Below are positions 20,513-30,294 of a stretch of DNA of 64,000 nucleotides, one piece after another. Position 1 is the first letter of the stretch, and each line of letters starts with the position of its first letter. Under the pieces are notes generated by a model. The model worked only from the letters and a program-made list of their open reading frames with translations. It was not told the origin of the DNA and did no database searches. The translations under genes and the position numbers were made by a program. Origin of the DNA: an uncultured delta proteobacterium (GTDB taxonomy: Bacteria; Desulfobacterota; Binatia; UBA9968); assembly GCA_963771465.1 (NCBI GenBank), contig CAVYTU010000015.1, positions 384,001-448,000 of the forward strand, in the 5' to 3' direction.

Positions 20513-22684
20513 CTAATTGTCCTCCAGGGGAAAATCCAAAACCTTGCGCACGCGCACGGCGCAGGCTTTGAGTTCCGGCTGGCGCGAAACCGGATCGCGC
20601 GCGCTGTTGGTTAAATTATTTGCGGCTTTGAAGAATCCCTGATCGCGGCCCCAGTGAAACGGCAGAAAGCAAGTGCCGCGGGCGATTTCTTCGGTAACGC
20701 GGCACTGGGCCATCACCTTGCCGCGGCGCGAAGTGATTTCAACAAAATCGGCGTCGTGAATCCCGTAATGTCGCGCGTCGGCGCGATGCAACTCGAGCAT
20801 CGGTTCTGGCGCGCATTTGCGCAGCGCTTGGTTTTTACCGGTCCGCGTCATCGTGTGCCAATGATATTTCGATCGTCCCGTCGTCAACACCAGAGGGTAA
20901 GCGCCATCGGGTTTTTCCGCCGGCTCGACGTGTTCGACAGGGATCAAGTTCGCTCGGCCATCCGCTGTCGGAAAAAATCCTTCACTGTAGAGCTGAACGG
21001 CTGGAGCGCGCATGGTCTTTGGATAAGGCCACTGCAACGGACTGGACTTGAGCTTAGGATAGCTCATGCCCGAGCAATCGCACGGCGTGTTCTTGGTTAG
21101 CGCGGCGAACTCGGCGAAAATATCTTTCGCCGAGGCGTAGGCGAAAGACTCGCCGAATCCCATCGCTTCGGCAAAGAGCGAAATAATTTTCCAATCCGGC
21201 AAAGCCTCACCGGGCGGTTCGACGAGTTTGGCCATGTAAGAGACGCGCCGTTCCGAGTTGGTCATGACGCCTTCTTTCTCGCTCCACTGCGCCGCCGGCA
21301 AGAGCACATGAGCGAACTTACTCGTCGCGGTTGGGTGATAGGCGTCTTGGACGACAACCAGTTCCGCTTGACGCAGCGCCTTCTCGATCAGATCGATGTC
21401 CGGCGCCGACGCCGCCGGATTGGTGCAAAGAATCCAGATCGCTTTGACCTTACCGTCGGCCAAGGCTTCGAATTGCTCCAACGCCGCCAGGCCGGGCTCG
21501 GGCGCGATGCGACCGAACGGCACGCCCCAATAGCGTTCGACTTCGTCGCGATGCAGCGGATTTTGCACCTCGCGATATCCGGGCAGCAGATTGGCCAGCC
21601 CGCCAACTTCTCGACCGCCCATTGCGTTGGGCTGGCCGGTCAACGAGAACGGCCCGCAGCCGGGCTTGCCGATTTTACCCGTGGCAAGATGCAAATTATG
21701 AATCGCATTGTTTTTGTGCACGCCCACCGTGCTTTGGTTCACTCCCATACTCCACAGTGACATGGCGCGCTCGGCCTTGCCGAAGATCAGCGCAGCCTCG
21801 ACGATCAAACATTCAGGAATGCCGCAGATGTCTTGCACGGTTTTCGGCGCATAATCCTTGATGACTTTGATGAGCGCGCCAAAGCCATTGGTGTGTTGCG
21901 CGATATACTGGCGGTCGATCAAATTCTCATCGAGGAGCACGTAAAGCATGCTATTGAGCAAGGCGATGTCGCTTCCCGGACGAATCGGCAAATGCAGATC
22001 GGCGAAGTCGGCCGTCTCGGTGCGCCGCGGATCGACCGCGATGATCACGACATTGTCAGGATCGCGCAACTTGCGCTGCTTGATTCGTTTGAAGATCACA
22101 GGGTGGCAGTCGGCGGTGTTGGTGCCAATCAAGAATAAACAATTGGCCTCGTCGATATCGGCATACGAATTGGGCGGTCCATCCGAGCCCAGCGACGTCT
22201 TGTAGCCAGCCACCGCCGACGCCATGCACAAGCGCGAGTTGGTATCGAAATTATTCGTGCCGATAAAACCCTTGGCCAGTTTGCTGGCGACATAATATTC
22301 TTCCGTGGTCAATTGCCCCGAGCCGTAAAACGCCACTGCGTCGGGCCCATGCTCGTCGATGATTGCGCCGAAACGTTTGGCCAAATAAGTCATCGCTTGT
22401 TGCCAGGAGGCGCGCTTGAACGGCCCTTCCTGGCACGAGCGTATTTGCGGATGGAGCAAACGGTCTTCGGTGTGTAAGGTCTCCGGCAAATAAACCGCTT
22501 TGAGGCAGAGGTCGCCGCGACTCGACGGATGATCGGGGTCGCCTTTGACCTTTGTGACCACGCCGTTTTTCGTGCCGGCAAGCAGTCCACAGCCGACGCC
22601 ACAATAAGGGCAATACGATTTTTGCCAGCGCTCGATACTGTTGCTGGGAATTGTTGGGTTGCTATTTTCCACGGCCATTGACAC
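20513..22684 (-). CDS. narB: Assimilatory nitrate reductase, molybdopterin catalytic subunit (NarB/NasA type)
   Basis: CPYCGVGC...C cluster, DTNSRLCMASAV, GQPNAMGGRE, TTGR...HWHTMTRT and DPVSRQPELK motifs. Confidence 0.9.
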   Translation of the reverse strand: MSMAVENSNPTIPSNSIERWQKSYCPYCGVGCGLLAGTKNGVVTKVKGDPDHPSSRGDLCLKAVYLPETLHTEDRLLHPQIRSCQEGPFKRASWQQAMTYLAKRFGAIIDEHGPDAVAFYGSGQLTTEEYYVASKLAKGFIGTNNFDTNSRLCMASAVAGYKTSLGSDGPPNSYADIDEANCLFLIGTNTADCHPVIFKRIKQRKLRDPDNVVIIAVDPRRTETADFADLHLPIRPGSDIALLNSMLYVLLDENLIDRQYIAQHTNGFGALIKVIKDYAPKTVQDICGIPECLIVEAALIFGKAERAMSLWSMGVNQSTVGVHKNNAIHNLHLATGKIGKPGCGPFSLTGQPNAMGGREVGGLANLLPGYREVQNPLHRDEVERYWGVPFGRIAPEPGLAALEQFEALADGKVKAIWILCTNPAASAPDIDLIEKALRQAELVVVQDAYHPTATSKFAHVLLPAAQWSEKEGVMTNSERRVSYMAKLVEPPGEALPDWKIISLFAEAMGFGESFAYASAKDIFAEFAALTKNTPCDCSGMSYPKLKSSPLQWPYPKTMRAPAVQLYSEGFFPTADGRANLIPVEHVEPAEKPDGAYPLVLTTGRSKYHWHTMTRTGKNQALRKCAPEPMLELHRADARHYGIHDADFVEITSRRGKVMAQCRVTEEIARGTCFLPFHWGRDQGFFKAANNLTNSARDPVSRQPELKACAVRVRKVLDFPLEDN

Positions 22685-22699
22685 GGCGACAGTCTCGTA

Positions 22700-23665
22700 T
22701 CAACTCAGCGCCTTTACGTCGGTGCGCGCCAAGTGAGCGGCGAAATCGTCCATGGCCGGCTTTTTTCGAAACTCGCCGCGGAAGCGGTTGAAGCCGGTAA
22801 ACTTTTCAATTACGAACAGCTCTTCCGGCGTCGGCGCCGGACCTGCCGGAGCCGACCGCTCGCTAACCGGCCGAGTCGGAACGGCGCCATGCATCGCGTG
22901 TTGATCGAGGAAGCCCAGTAGTTGGCTACGCAGCCGATGATAAGACGGATCGTCAATGAGACTCAGGCGGTCGCGCGGCCGCTCGAACGGCACGGCGAGG
23001 ATCTCACCCACGGTCGCGGCTGGACCGTTGGTCATCATCACCACGCGGTCGGCGAGCAACAGCGCTTCATCGACATCATGGGTCACCATCAACACCGTCT
23101 TATGTTGCTCTGCGCAAAGCTGCATCAACTGGTCTTGCAGCTCCATGCGGGTGATCACATCGAGCAGGCTGAAGGGCTCGTCGAGCAACAACACGCGCGG
23201 CTCGAGAGCAAACGCGCGCGCGATGCCGACGCGCTGACGCATGCCGGCGGACAGCTCGTCGGGATAACAATCGGCGACGCCAACCAACCCCACGGCGTTG
23301 AGAAACTTATCCGCCAACGCTTGACGAACTTTCGCCGACAAGCGCTGGTCGACTTGGTCGACAGCCAGCAGGACATTATCCCGTGCCGTCAGCCAAGGTA
23401 ACAACGCCGAAGATTGAAACACGACACCGCGGTCCAAACCGGGGCCGACGACTTCCCGTCCGCCGATAATGATGCCGCCTTCGCTGGCGTCGTTGAGACC
23501 CATGGCGATCGACAACACGGTCGATTTGCCGCAGCCGGAGTGGCCGATAATGCAAACAAACTCGCCCTCGGCGATTTTGAGATTGAAATCCTTGACGATG
23601 ACCGCCCGGCCCTGGTCGGTGTCGTAGCTCTTGCCAAGTTGGGTGATCTCGAGTGCTGGTATCAT
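22700..23665 (-). CDS. nrtD: Nitrate/nitrite ABC transporter ATP-binding subunit
   Basis: GHSGCGKST, DRGVVFQ, LDEPF and MTNGPAA motifs. Confidence 0.85.
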   Translation of the reverse strand: MIPALEITQLGKSYDTDQGRAVIVKDFNLKIAEGEFVCIIGHSGCGKSTVLSIAMGLNDASEGGIIIGGREVVGPGLDRGVVFQSSALLPWLTARDNVLLAVDQVDQRLSAKVRQALADKFLNAVGLVGVADCYPDELSAGMRQRVGIARAFALEPRVLLLDEPFSLLDVITRMELQDQLMQLCAEQHKTVLMVTHDVDEALLLADRVVMMTNGPAATVGEILAVPFERPRDRLSLIDDPSYHRLRSQLLGFLDQHAMHGAVPTRPVSERSAPAGPAPTPEELFVIEKFTGFNRFRGEFRKKPAMDDFAAHLARTDVKALS

Positions 23666-23683
23666 GGACTGTAAGATTCCTGT

Positions 23684-24517
23684 CTATTGGAGTACGAGCG
23701 TTGCGCCGTTCTTGGCGCGGGCCGATGATGGGTCGGCCACGCCACCGGTGAGCAGCCGGAGCGTCTCTCGTCGGGCTTTCTGATAGATCGGCTGGCCGGT
23801 TAATTGAGTTCGCGTGCGCGGATGCTGCGTATCGATGGCGATCGGCGGCCCGAGCGTCGCCCCAGGCGCGGAGGTCAAGGTGTAAATCGTATCGGCAAGT
23901 AGAATCGCCTCATCGATGTCGTTGGTGATCATCACCACCGTTTTGCGCGTTTCCATCCAAATGCGCGCCAACTCCTCCTGCAAGCTGCCGCGGGTCAACG
24001 CATCCAAGGCGCTGAACGGTTCGTCCAGCAGTAAAACTTGCGGATCCATCGCCAGGCCGCGCGCCACCGCTACCCTTTGACGCATGCCGCCGGAAAGCTC
24101 ACGCGGATATTTTTTCATCGCCGCGCCGAGATTGACCAGCTCGATGTAATGCTCCGCGCGCCGGCGCTTCTCCCCCGCCGCGAGTTGCGGCGCCACCGCA
24201 TCCACGGCCAAATAAACGTTCTCGAACACGTTCAACCACGGCAGCAAAGAGTAATTTTGAAATATCACGCCGCGGTCCGGACCGGGGCCGGAAATTGCCT
24301 GGCCGCCGAGGAGAATGCTGCCGGTGTCCGGTTCGATGAGTCCGGCGATCAACGAGATCAACGTCGTCTTACCCGCGCCGGAACGGCCGATGATGCAGAC
24401 AAACTCATTCTCGTCGATCGATAAGTTGATATCGCGCAGCACCGGCAGCACGGCGCTTTCGCCCCGGCTCCCACGCCGAAAGTTTTTACTGAGTCCGGTG
24501 ATTTCAAGCAACGCCAT
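23684..24517 (-). CDS. nrtC: Nitrate/nitrite ABC transporter ATP-binding subunit
   Basis: GRSGAGKT, FQNYSLLPW, LSGGMRQR and ITNDIDEA motifs. Confidence 0.82.
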   Translation of the reverse strand: MALLEITGLSKNFRRGSRGESAVLPVLRDINLSIDENEFVCIIGRSGAGKTTLISLIAGLIEPDTGSILLGGQAISGPGPDRGVIFQNYSLLPWLNVFENVYLAVDAVAPQLAAGEKRRRAEHYIELVNLGAAMKKYPRELSGGMRQRVAVARGLAMDPQVLLLDEPFSALDALTRGSLQEELARIWMETRKTVVMITNDIDEAILLADTIYTLTSAPGATLGPPIAIDTQHPRTRTQLTGQPIYQKARRETLRLLTGGVADPSSARAKNGATLVLQ

Positions 24518-24526
24518 AGCGCGCCC

Positions 24527-25300
24527 TCACGCGGTCTTGAAGCGCCGCTCAACCACGCCCATGAGCCGGTCGAGAGTGAAACCTATGAGTCCGATTGCCA
24601 GCACGGATAAAAGAATATGCGAGTAAACCAGGCTGTTGTATTCCTGCCAGAGAAAACCACCGAGCCCCGGAGAGCCGGTGAGCATCTCCGCGGCGACGAT
24701 CACCAGCCACGCCATGCCGAGACTCAGACGATAACCGGTAAACATAAACGGCAGCGTGGCAGGGATCATGATCTTCCTAAGCGTCTTCATCGGCGATAGT
24801 TTAAGCACGCGGCCGACGTTTAAATATTCCGTGCCGATGCTGCGCACGCCCATCGCGGTATTGATCACGGTTGGCCACATGGCGCACAGCGCGATGGTGA
24901 ACAGCGCCGCCGGCTCCGACTGTTTGAAGATCACCAACCCCAGAGGCAACCAGGCTAAGGGCGAAATCGGCCGCAGCACTTGAATCACCGGATCGAAGGC
25001 TTGATGAAATTTCGGCGATAGACCGAGCAGAAAACCCAACGGCGTGCCGATGACGATCGCCAAGAAAAATCCTTTGGCGACGCGCACGAGACTTAAGAAA
25101 GCGAAGCGCAAAATCCCTTGATTCATCTCGCCGTCTTTGAAAAAAGGGTTGAGAATATACTGTTGGCTTTCTTGCCAGGTCTTGAGCGGTGACGGCAAAT
25201 CGGGCGCGACTTTCAAGCTGATCGCAGTCCAAATCATCAGCATCAACGACACACCCAGCAGCGGCAAAATCAGCGCATTCGCATCGATACGTTTTTCCAT
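24527..25300 (-). CDS. nrtB: Nitrate/nitrite ABC transporter permease
   Basis: QVLRPISPLAWLP, WPTVINT and WLVIVAAEML motifs. Confidence 0.9.
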   Translation of the reverse strand: MEKRIDANALILPLLGVSLMLMIWTAISLKVAPDLPSPLKTWQESQQYILNPFFKDGEMNQGILRFAFLSLVRVAKGFFLAIVIGTPLGFLLGLSPKFHQAFDPVIQVLRPISPLAWLPLGLVIFKQSEPAALFTIALCAMWPTVINTAMGVRSIGTEYLNVGRVLKLSPMKTLRKIMIPATLPFMFTGYRLSLGMAWLVIVAAEMLTGSPGLGGFLWQEYNSLVYSHILLSVLAIGLIGFTLDRLMGVVERRFKTA

Positions 25301-25314
25301 TGTCTAAATAACCT

Positions 25315-26574
25315 CTAAGCAAGATTGCTGACTGAGAATTTTTTCACGTACTCTTCCGGCTTCGCCGGATCGAACTCGACTTTGTCGAAGAGCGTTTCTT
25401 TTTTCATGTCTTCTTTCGGCACGGCGACGCCCAGATCTTTGGCGACTTCGCGGTAAATATCGGGTCGGATGACCTTGTTCACAATGCCCGCGTAATCCGG
25501 CGCGCCTTTGACCATGCCCCAGCGGCGGAACTGCGAGATCCACCACACGCCATGCGACTTCCAGGGGAAATTGGTGTTGCGGTCGAAAAAGGTCATGTAG
25601 TTGGGATCTTTCTCCTTGCGCCCGTCGCCGTAGTCGTAGTCGCCCAACATCCGTCCAAGAATGACTTCCTTCGAGGTATTGATGTATTGCGGTTTTGACA
25701 CCACCTCGGCCATGTGCGCGCGGTTTTCCAACTTGTCGATATGCTGGCTCGACTCGGTGACGGCGCGCAGGATCGCTTTGACGGTCTTGGGATTTTTCTC
25801 GGCGAATTCTTCGGTGAATGCCAAAACCTTTTCGGGATGATCCTTCCAGATTTGCTGGGTCGTCACTGCCGTGTAACCGATGCCGTCGGCGATGGCGCGC
25901 GCGTTCCACGGTTCGCCGACACAGAATCCGTCCATCTTGTCGACTTTCATATTGGCGACCATTTGCGCTGGCGGGATCGTGATCAGCGTCACATCTTTGT
26001 CCGGGTTGATGCCGCCGGCGGCGAGCCAGTAGCGCGTCCACATGGCGTGGGTGCCGGGCGGGAAAGTCATCGCGAAGGTCATCGGCTTGCCGGCCTTCTT
26101 CGCTTCCTCGACGATCGGCTTCAGCGCCTGCGGCGTGCGCACGCCCTTGGCCTTTAAATCATTCTCAAGTGTGATCGCTTGGCCGTTGCGATTGAGCACG
26201 AGTGGAATGATCATCGGCTTCACCGGCGAACCGAGCAGTCCCATACTCGATGCGAAAGGCATGCCGAAAAGCATATGGGTTGCGTGATTTTCACCGAGCG
26301 TGAGTTTGTCGCGGATCGCCGCCCAGGAAGCTTCCTTGGAAATCGTCGACTCGATGCCGTATTTTTTGAACAGGCCGAGCTCATGCGCCATCACGATCGA
26401 CGAGCAATCGGTCAGCGCGATAATGCCGAGACGAATCTTGGTCGTCTCCGGCGCGTCGGCGGCATAGACGCCGCCGACCCAACCGCTCGGCAGATGGCTC
26501 AACAGCATGCCCAACGAACTGGCGCCGGCCACTTTGAGAAATTCGCGCCGGTTTGGCTGCTTAACTCTCTCCAT
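25315..26574 (-). CDS. nrtA: Nitrate/nitrite ABC substrate-binding protein (CmpA/NrtA family) with Tat signal
   Basis: NRREFLK twin-arginine signal; LGIIALTDC, FAMTFP.GTH, FCVGEPWN and W.DHPEK motifs. Confidence 0.9.
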   Translation of the reverse strand: MERVKQPNRREFLKVAGASSLGMLLSHLPSGWVGGVYAADAPETTKIRLGIIALTDCSSIVMAHELGLFKKYGIESTISKEASWAAIRDKLTLGENHATHMLFGMPFASSMGLLGSPVKPMIIPLVLNRNGQAITLENDLKAKGVRTPQALKPIVEEAKKAGKPMTFAMTFPPGTHAMWTRYWLAAGGINPDKDVTLITIPPAQMVANMKVDKMDGFCVGEPWNARAIADGIGYTAVTTQQIWKDHPEKVLAFTEEFAEKNPKTVKAILRAVTESSQHIDKLENRAHMAEVVSKPQYINTSKEVILGRMLGDYDYGDGRKEKDPNYMTFFDRNTNFPWKSHGVWWISQFRRWGMVKGAPDYAGIVNKVIRPDIYREVAKDLGVAVPKEDMKKETLFDKVEFDPAKPEEYVKKFSVSNLA

Positions 26575-26579
26575 CTCGA

Positions 26580-28433
26580 TCACCCCTCCACGGTATAGTT
26601 TTCGCCCTGCGCGGCGAGTTTGAAAATTTTCGCTTTGAGCTTGGCGTTGGTCGCACAAGCGCCGCTGGTTAAATCGAATTTGTAGCCGTGCAGCGGGCAG
26701 ACAACGGCGCCTTTTTCGATCCAGCCGGCCGACAGCTGGCCGCCTTCATGAGGACAAGCGTTTTGGATCGCGCAAAGTTGACCGTTATGTTTAAAGACTG
26801 CGATCTCGTCGTTATTCACGCGCACGAGTTTGGCTGATCCTTCTTTGATTTCGTCGGCGCGAATGACCGCTTTGACCGGTTCGATCTTGGCTTCCGGCTG
26901 CGTGCCGGTGGCGACCGGTATGGGAATTTTTCTAAGCTGCTGGCGCATCGCTTTGAACGCGCCATGCTTTACTAAACCGGCCAAAACATCCGGCAAATCA
27001 TCGCACGGGACATCTTCTAAAAGTTTGATTGGAAAATTCGCCTCACATCCAGCCGCGCCGCCGGCAAAAACGTCGACTGCTTCGACCACTTCGCCCCCGC
27101 GCTTGATGTTTTTGCCGAGCAGTCCGATATCCGCCAGGGTGTGATTACCGCAACTCGCCGGACAGCCCGACCAGTGCATGCGCAGCGGTTGGGTCTTGCC
27201 GAGTTTTGCTTCGAGCGCGCGCGCGGTCTTGAGCGCCCAACCTTTGGTATCGATCAAGGCGAAGTGGCAATAGTCCATGCCGGTGCAACTCACCAGACCG
27301 CGCATGACTTCGGAGGGATCGTAACGTAGCGCCTGAAGCACCGGCGCTTCAGTGAGCTCGCCGATCCTGCGGTCGGGCACGTTGGGAATAATAATATTTT
27401 GCCCAACGGTCAGACGCAGCTCGCCGCTGCCGTAGTTCTCGGCCGCAGCGGCAACCTCGAGCATCTGCTCCGAAGTCATGCGTCCCACGGGCACGGCAAG
27501 ACCGACATAATTCAGTCCGGCCTGTTGCTGGCGAAACACGCCGACATGGTCGGTATGCTTCGGCGCGCGTTGATCCTTGCCGGCCGAGGCGAGCGGGCGA
27601 TCGACGCGCCTTTCCAATTCTTTGCGAAACTTTTCCACGCCCCATGCTTCGATGAGAAACGCCAGACGCGCCTTGGTGCGCAGCTCGCGCGCGCCATGGT
27701 CGCGAAAGATCATCACCACATGGGAACAGACTGACACGGCTTCTTCGGGCGTGACGAATAGATTTAACGGCGACGCCATGCGCAAACCGCCCGAGCCGAG
27801 TTTGCCGCCGACGGCGACGTTGAAGCCAGCCACCAGCGCTCCGTCCGTTTCCTTCAGCGCCGGCGTCAGCGCTAAATCCTGCCCCTCGGCATGGGTGCAA
27901 GCTTCTTTGCACGCGGTAATGGTGACGTTGAACTTGCGCGGCAGATTGGTGAACGACTTGTTGCCGATGAACATCCGGGTGAACTCGCACGCCACCGGCG
28001 AGGCATCGAACAATTCATTAGGAGTGATACCGGCCACCGGGCAACCGATCACGCCACGGATATTATCCATGCCGGTCTGTAATGAAATCAGATCGACGGC
28101 GCGCAAGCGCTGCCAAATTTCCGGCACGTCGTTGATCTTAAACTCACGCAGCTGCATCTGCTGGCGCGTGGTAATATCTGCGAAGCCTTTGCCGAAGTCA
28201 CGGCTGATCTCACCGATGGTGCGCAGCTGCGCCGCGCTCATGAAACCATTGGCGAAGCGCAGCCGCATCATGAAGCGGCCGGGAGTCTGGCGGCGAAAAA
28301 ATACTCCCGCCCACTTCATCAGCTCCTTGTCGCCATCGGTGATTTTCTCCCAACCCTCTGCGGCATAGCGCGGTATGTCGTCGAGAATATCGAGACCGTC
28401 TTTCTCTCTCTTATATTCTTCGATCTTGTTCAT
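26580..28433 (-). CDS. nirA: Ferredoxin-type nitrite reductase with a C-terminal Rieske [2Fe-2S] domain
   Basis: ITTRQQ, NLPRKFN, CTGMDYC and SGCPASCG (siroheme/4Fe-4S); C-terminal CPHEG...CPLH. Confidence 0.9.
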   Translation of the reverse strand: MNKIEEYKREKDGLDILDDIPRYAAEGWEKITDGDKELMKWAGVFFRRQTPGRFMMRLRFANGFMSAAQLRTIGEISRDFGKGFADITTRQQMQLREFKINDVPEIWQRLRAVDLISLQTGMDNIRGVIGCPVAGITPNELFDASPVACEFTRMFIGNKSFTNLPRKFNVTITACKEACTHAEGQDLALTPALKETDGALVAGFNVAVGGKLGSGGLRMASPLNLFVTPEEAVSVCSHVVMIFRDHGARELRTKARLAFLIEAWGVEKFRKELERRVDRPLASAGKDQRAPKHTDHVGVFRQQQAGLNYVGLAVPVGRMTSEQMLEVAAAAENYGSGELRLTVGQNIIIPNVPDRRIGELTEAPVLQALRYDPSEVMRGLVSCTGMDYCHFALIDTKGWALKTARALEAKLGKTQPLRMHWSGCPASCGNHTLADIGLLGKNIKRGGEVVEAVDVFAGGAAGCEANFPIKLLEDVPCDDLPDVLAGLVKHGAFKAMRQQLRKIPIPVATGTQPEAKIEPVKAVIRADEIKEGSAKLVRVNNDEIAVFKHNGQLCAIQNACPHEGGQLSAGWIEKGAVVCPLHGYKFDLTSGACATNAKLKAKIFKLAAQGENYTVEG

Positions 28434-28452
28434 CGCTCGCGAAGTGGTATGA

Positions 28453-28467
28453 GCAACGGGTATGCCA
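28453..28467 (-). promoter_or_regulatory. sigma54 promoter of the nirA-nrtABCD-narB-cobA operon
   Basis: TGGCAT-ACCCG-TTGC with canonical spacing. Confidence 0.7.
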
Positions 28468-28736
28468 TCAAGGAAATCCGCAATACCTGAATAAATTCAG
28501 AGCTCTTAATATTAATCGAGATTGATATGCTCACGATTCATTCGCATGCCGCCCATAAATTCAGCAGACGCCGCAAGAACGGAATCGTCACATGCCAGGT
28601 GACTAATAAACCGGCAGCTGCAACCAAATTAAGCTGCGCCAGGAAAATCATACCCTCGGCGACTGCAGCGTTGGGCCATTTAGTATTGATCCGGCTCCGC
28701 ATCGCCGGAACCGAAGCGACCGGAACAATTTTTTTT

Positions 28737-29509
28737 CTAACTATCTAGAACTTCGTCCCGCACAACCGGTTCTGATTTGGCCTGCGAGTCTTGATAGAAG
28801 ACGCCCGCAGCCTGGTCTGTCTTGGCTCCGAGTAACGCTTGAGCATTGCCCATCGCCCGCTCGATATCTTGGATCGGCGTATCGGAGATTCGCCCATGTC
28901 CCGGATAAAGCGCGTTGAGAGCGAAACAGCGCAGCCGCGCTAGCGAATCCAAATAATCGCCGACGCTGCCCGACTCGGCGATGTAGGAAAGCGTGCCGCC
29001 GGCAAAAACACTGTCAGCGGAAAAGAGCAGGCCATGGTTGGTTTCGATGAGCGAAATACAGCCCGAGGTGTGTCCCGGCGTGTGAAAGACGCGCAAACTG
29101 TAATTGCCGAGATCGATGCGCGTCATATTCTCCAACCAAAAATGCACTCGCATCGGCAATTCGTTGAGATCGTTGCCCTTGTACATGGTCACGTAGTAGT
29201 CGCCGGTGGTCATTTTCGATGCGGCCAGCCGGTAAGCCGCGATCATCGCCGACTCTTGAAAGTAGCGATTGGCGCCGATGTGATCGCAGTGCTCATGGGA
29301 GTTGATGACCAAATTGATATCGCGCACTTTCATGCCGATTTGCCGCGAGTCCTCGTTCCAGCACTGGAAAATTTTGATCCGAGCCGGTATCGATCATGAC
29401 GTTCATGTAATCGCCCTTGATAACGTAACTATGGCTGCTGCCGTTCAGGCCGCGAATCTGAAATATGCCTGGATTGAGTTCGTTAACCGCGTTGATTTTT
29501 TTGTCCCAT
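28737..29509 (-). CDS. MBL-fold metallo-hydrolase with a frameshifted N-terminus
   Basis: SHEHCDH, TPGHT and YPGHG motifs; an upstream alternate frame gives SSHSYVIKG...VMIDTG. Confidence 0.8.
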
Positions 29510-29514
29510 GCAGT

Positions 29515-29868
29515 TCAACTCCTTGTTTCCTTCATCGCTCCTTCGAGGTCATCGTAGATTTCAAACTGCTCGGCGAAACGGTCGTCGTGAAAATATCCCT
29601 TCAGTTGCGGATTGAGATGACACAGCCGCAACACCCCGACGCGCTGATCGACTTCGCGTTTGAACGAGGTCAGCACGCCGACTTCCCAGACACCGAACTG
29701 CTCCAATTGTTTCAAGTTCACGATCACGCGAATCCCTTGGCGCGTGAGCCAGCGTCGAAACATATGGCGGACCCGCAGCGGTTCATTGTTTTCCGCCTTT
29801 CCCGACGGCGTCACGATCACCCAACCGGCAACTTCGCTGATGCGATACCTCACCGCGTTCATTTCCAT
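29515..29868 (-). CDS. STAS-like (anti-anti-sigma fold) protein lacking the DSSG phospho-Ser motif
   Basis: VIVTPSG, RVIVNLKQLEQF, G.LRLCHLNPQL...F and FEIYDDLEGA pattern. Confidence 0.7.
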   Translation of the reverse strand: MEMNAVRYRISEVAGWVIVTPSGKAENNEPLRVRHMFRRWLTRQGIRVIVNLKQLEQFGVWEVGVLTSFKREVDQRVGVLRLCHLNPQLKGYFHDDRFAEQFEIYDDLEGAMKETRS

Positions 29869-30056
29869 AGCGGCCAGTCCCGCGGCCGGCGGCGTATCGG
29901 CGGTGCCGGCGGTAGCGCAAGATTGAAACATTTAGCCATTTCCAGCACGGGGATCTGCGGAATATCTTTATCGGCGCGGTCGCCGAATACGTCCGCTAGA
30001 TAGATGACATTGTCCAAGATCTTTCCCGTCATGGTTTTCTGCCCAATAATATCCAT
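29859..30056 (-). CDS. Small hypothetical protein (65 aa), first gene after the ANTAR leader
   Basis: AAAGGAGA RBS; the stop overlaps an in-frame ATG of the STAS gene (ATGA). Confidence 0.6.
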   Translation of the reverse strand: MDIIGQKTMTGKILDNVIYLADVFGDRADKDIPQIPVLEMAKCFNLALPPAPPIRRRPRDWPLWK

Positions 30057-30075
30057 GGCAATCTCCTTTGTCGAT

Positions 30076-30144
30076 AAAAATAAAAAGGCGCTCCACCGCG
30101 TAACGGTGAGCGCCTTTGCTCTACCGAAGGCAACGTCGCCTTCG
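30076..30144 (-). promoter_or_regulatory. ANTAR dual-hexaloop RNA overlapping an intrinsic terminator
   Basis: P1 GAAGGC-GACGUU-GCCUUC and P2 GAGC-AAAGGC-GCUC; P2 is mutually exclusive with terminator AAAGGCGCUCACCG-UUACG-CGGUGGAGCGCCUUU-UUAUUUUU. Confidence 0.8.
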
Positions 30145-30294
30145 TGAAAGTTACACTACGCAATGCGTTATGCCATCAGCACCCTGCCTCAAAGTACTGC
30201 CGATTTCTCAATTGAGTAACTGTCCATAAGGTCGCTGCCAATGGATCGATCAATTTGCTGCTCAAAAGCGCAGCAGCGACTCTTGCGTCGATCT

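Noticed and set aside
25304-26041. 245-aa Arg-rich same-strand ORF inside nrtA
   Set aside because: Alternate-frame product of GC3 bias; no independent start signal or motif.
30160-30175. sigma54 promoter TGGCAT-AACGCA-TTGC
   Set aside because: GG-to-GC spacing is 11 instead of 10; not listed as a feature, though one indel would make it canonical.
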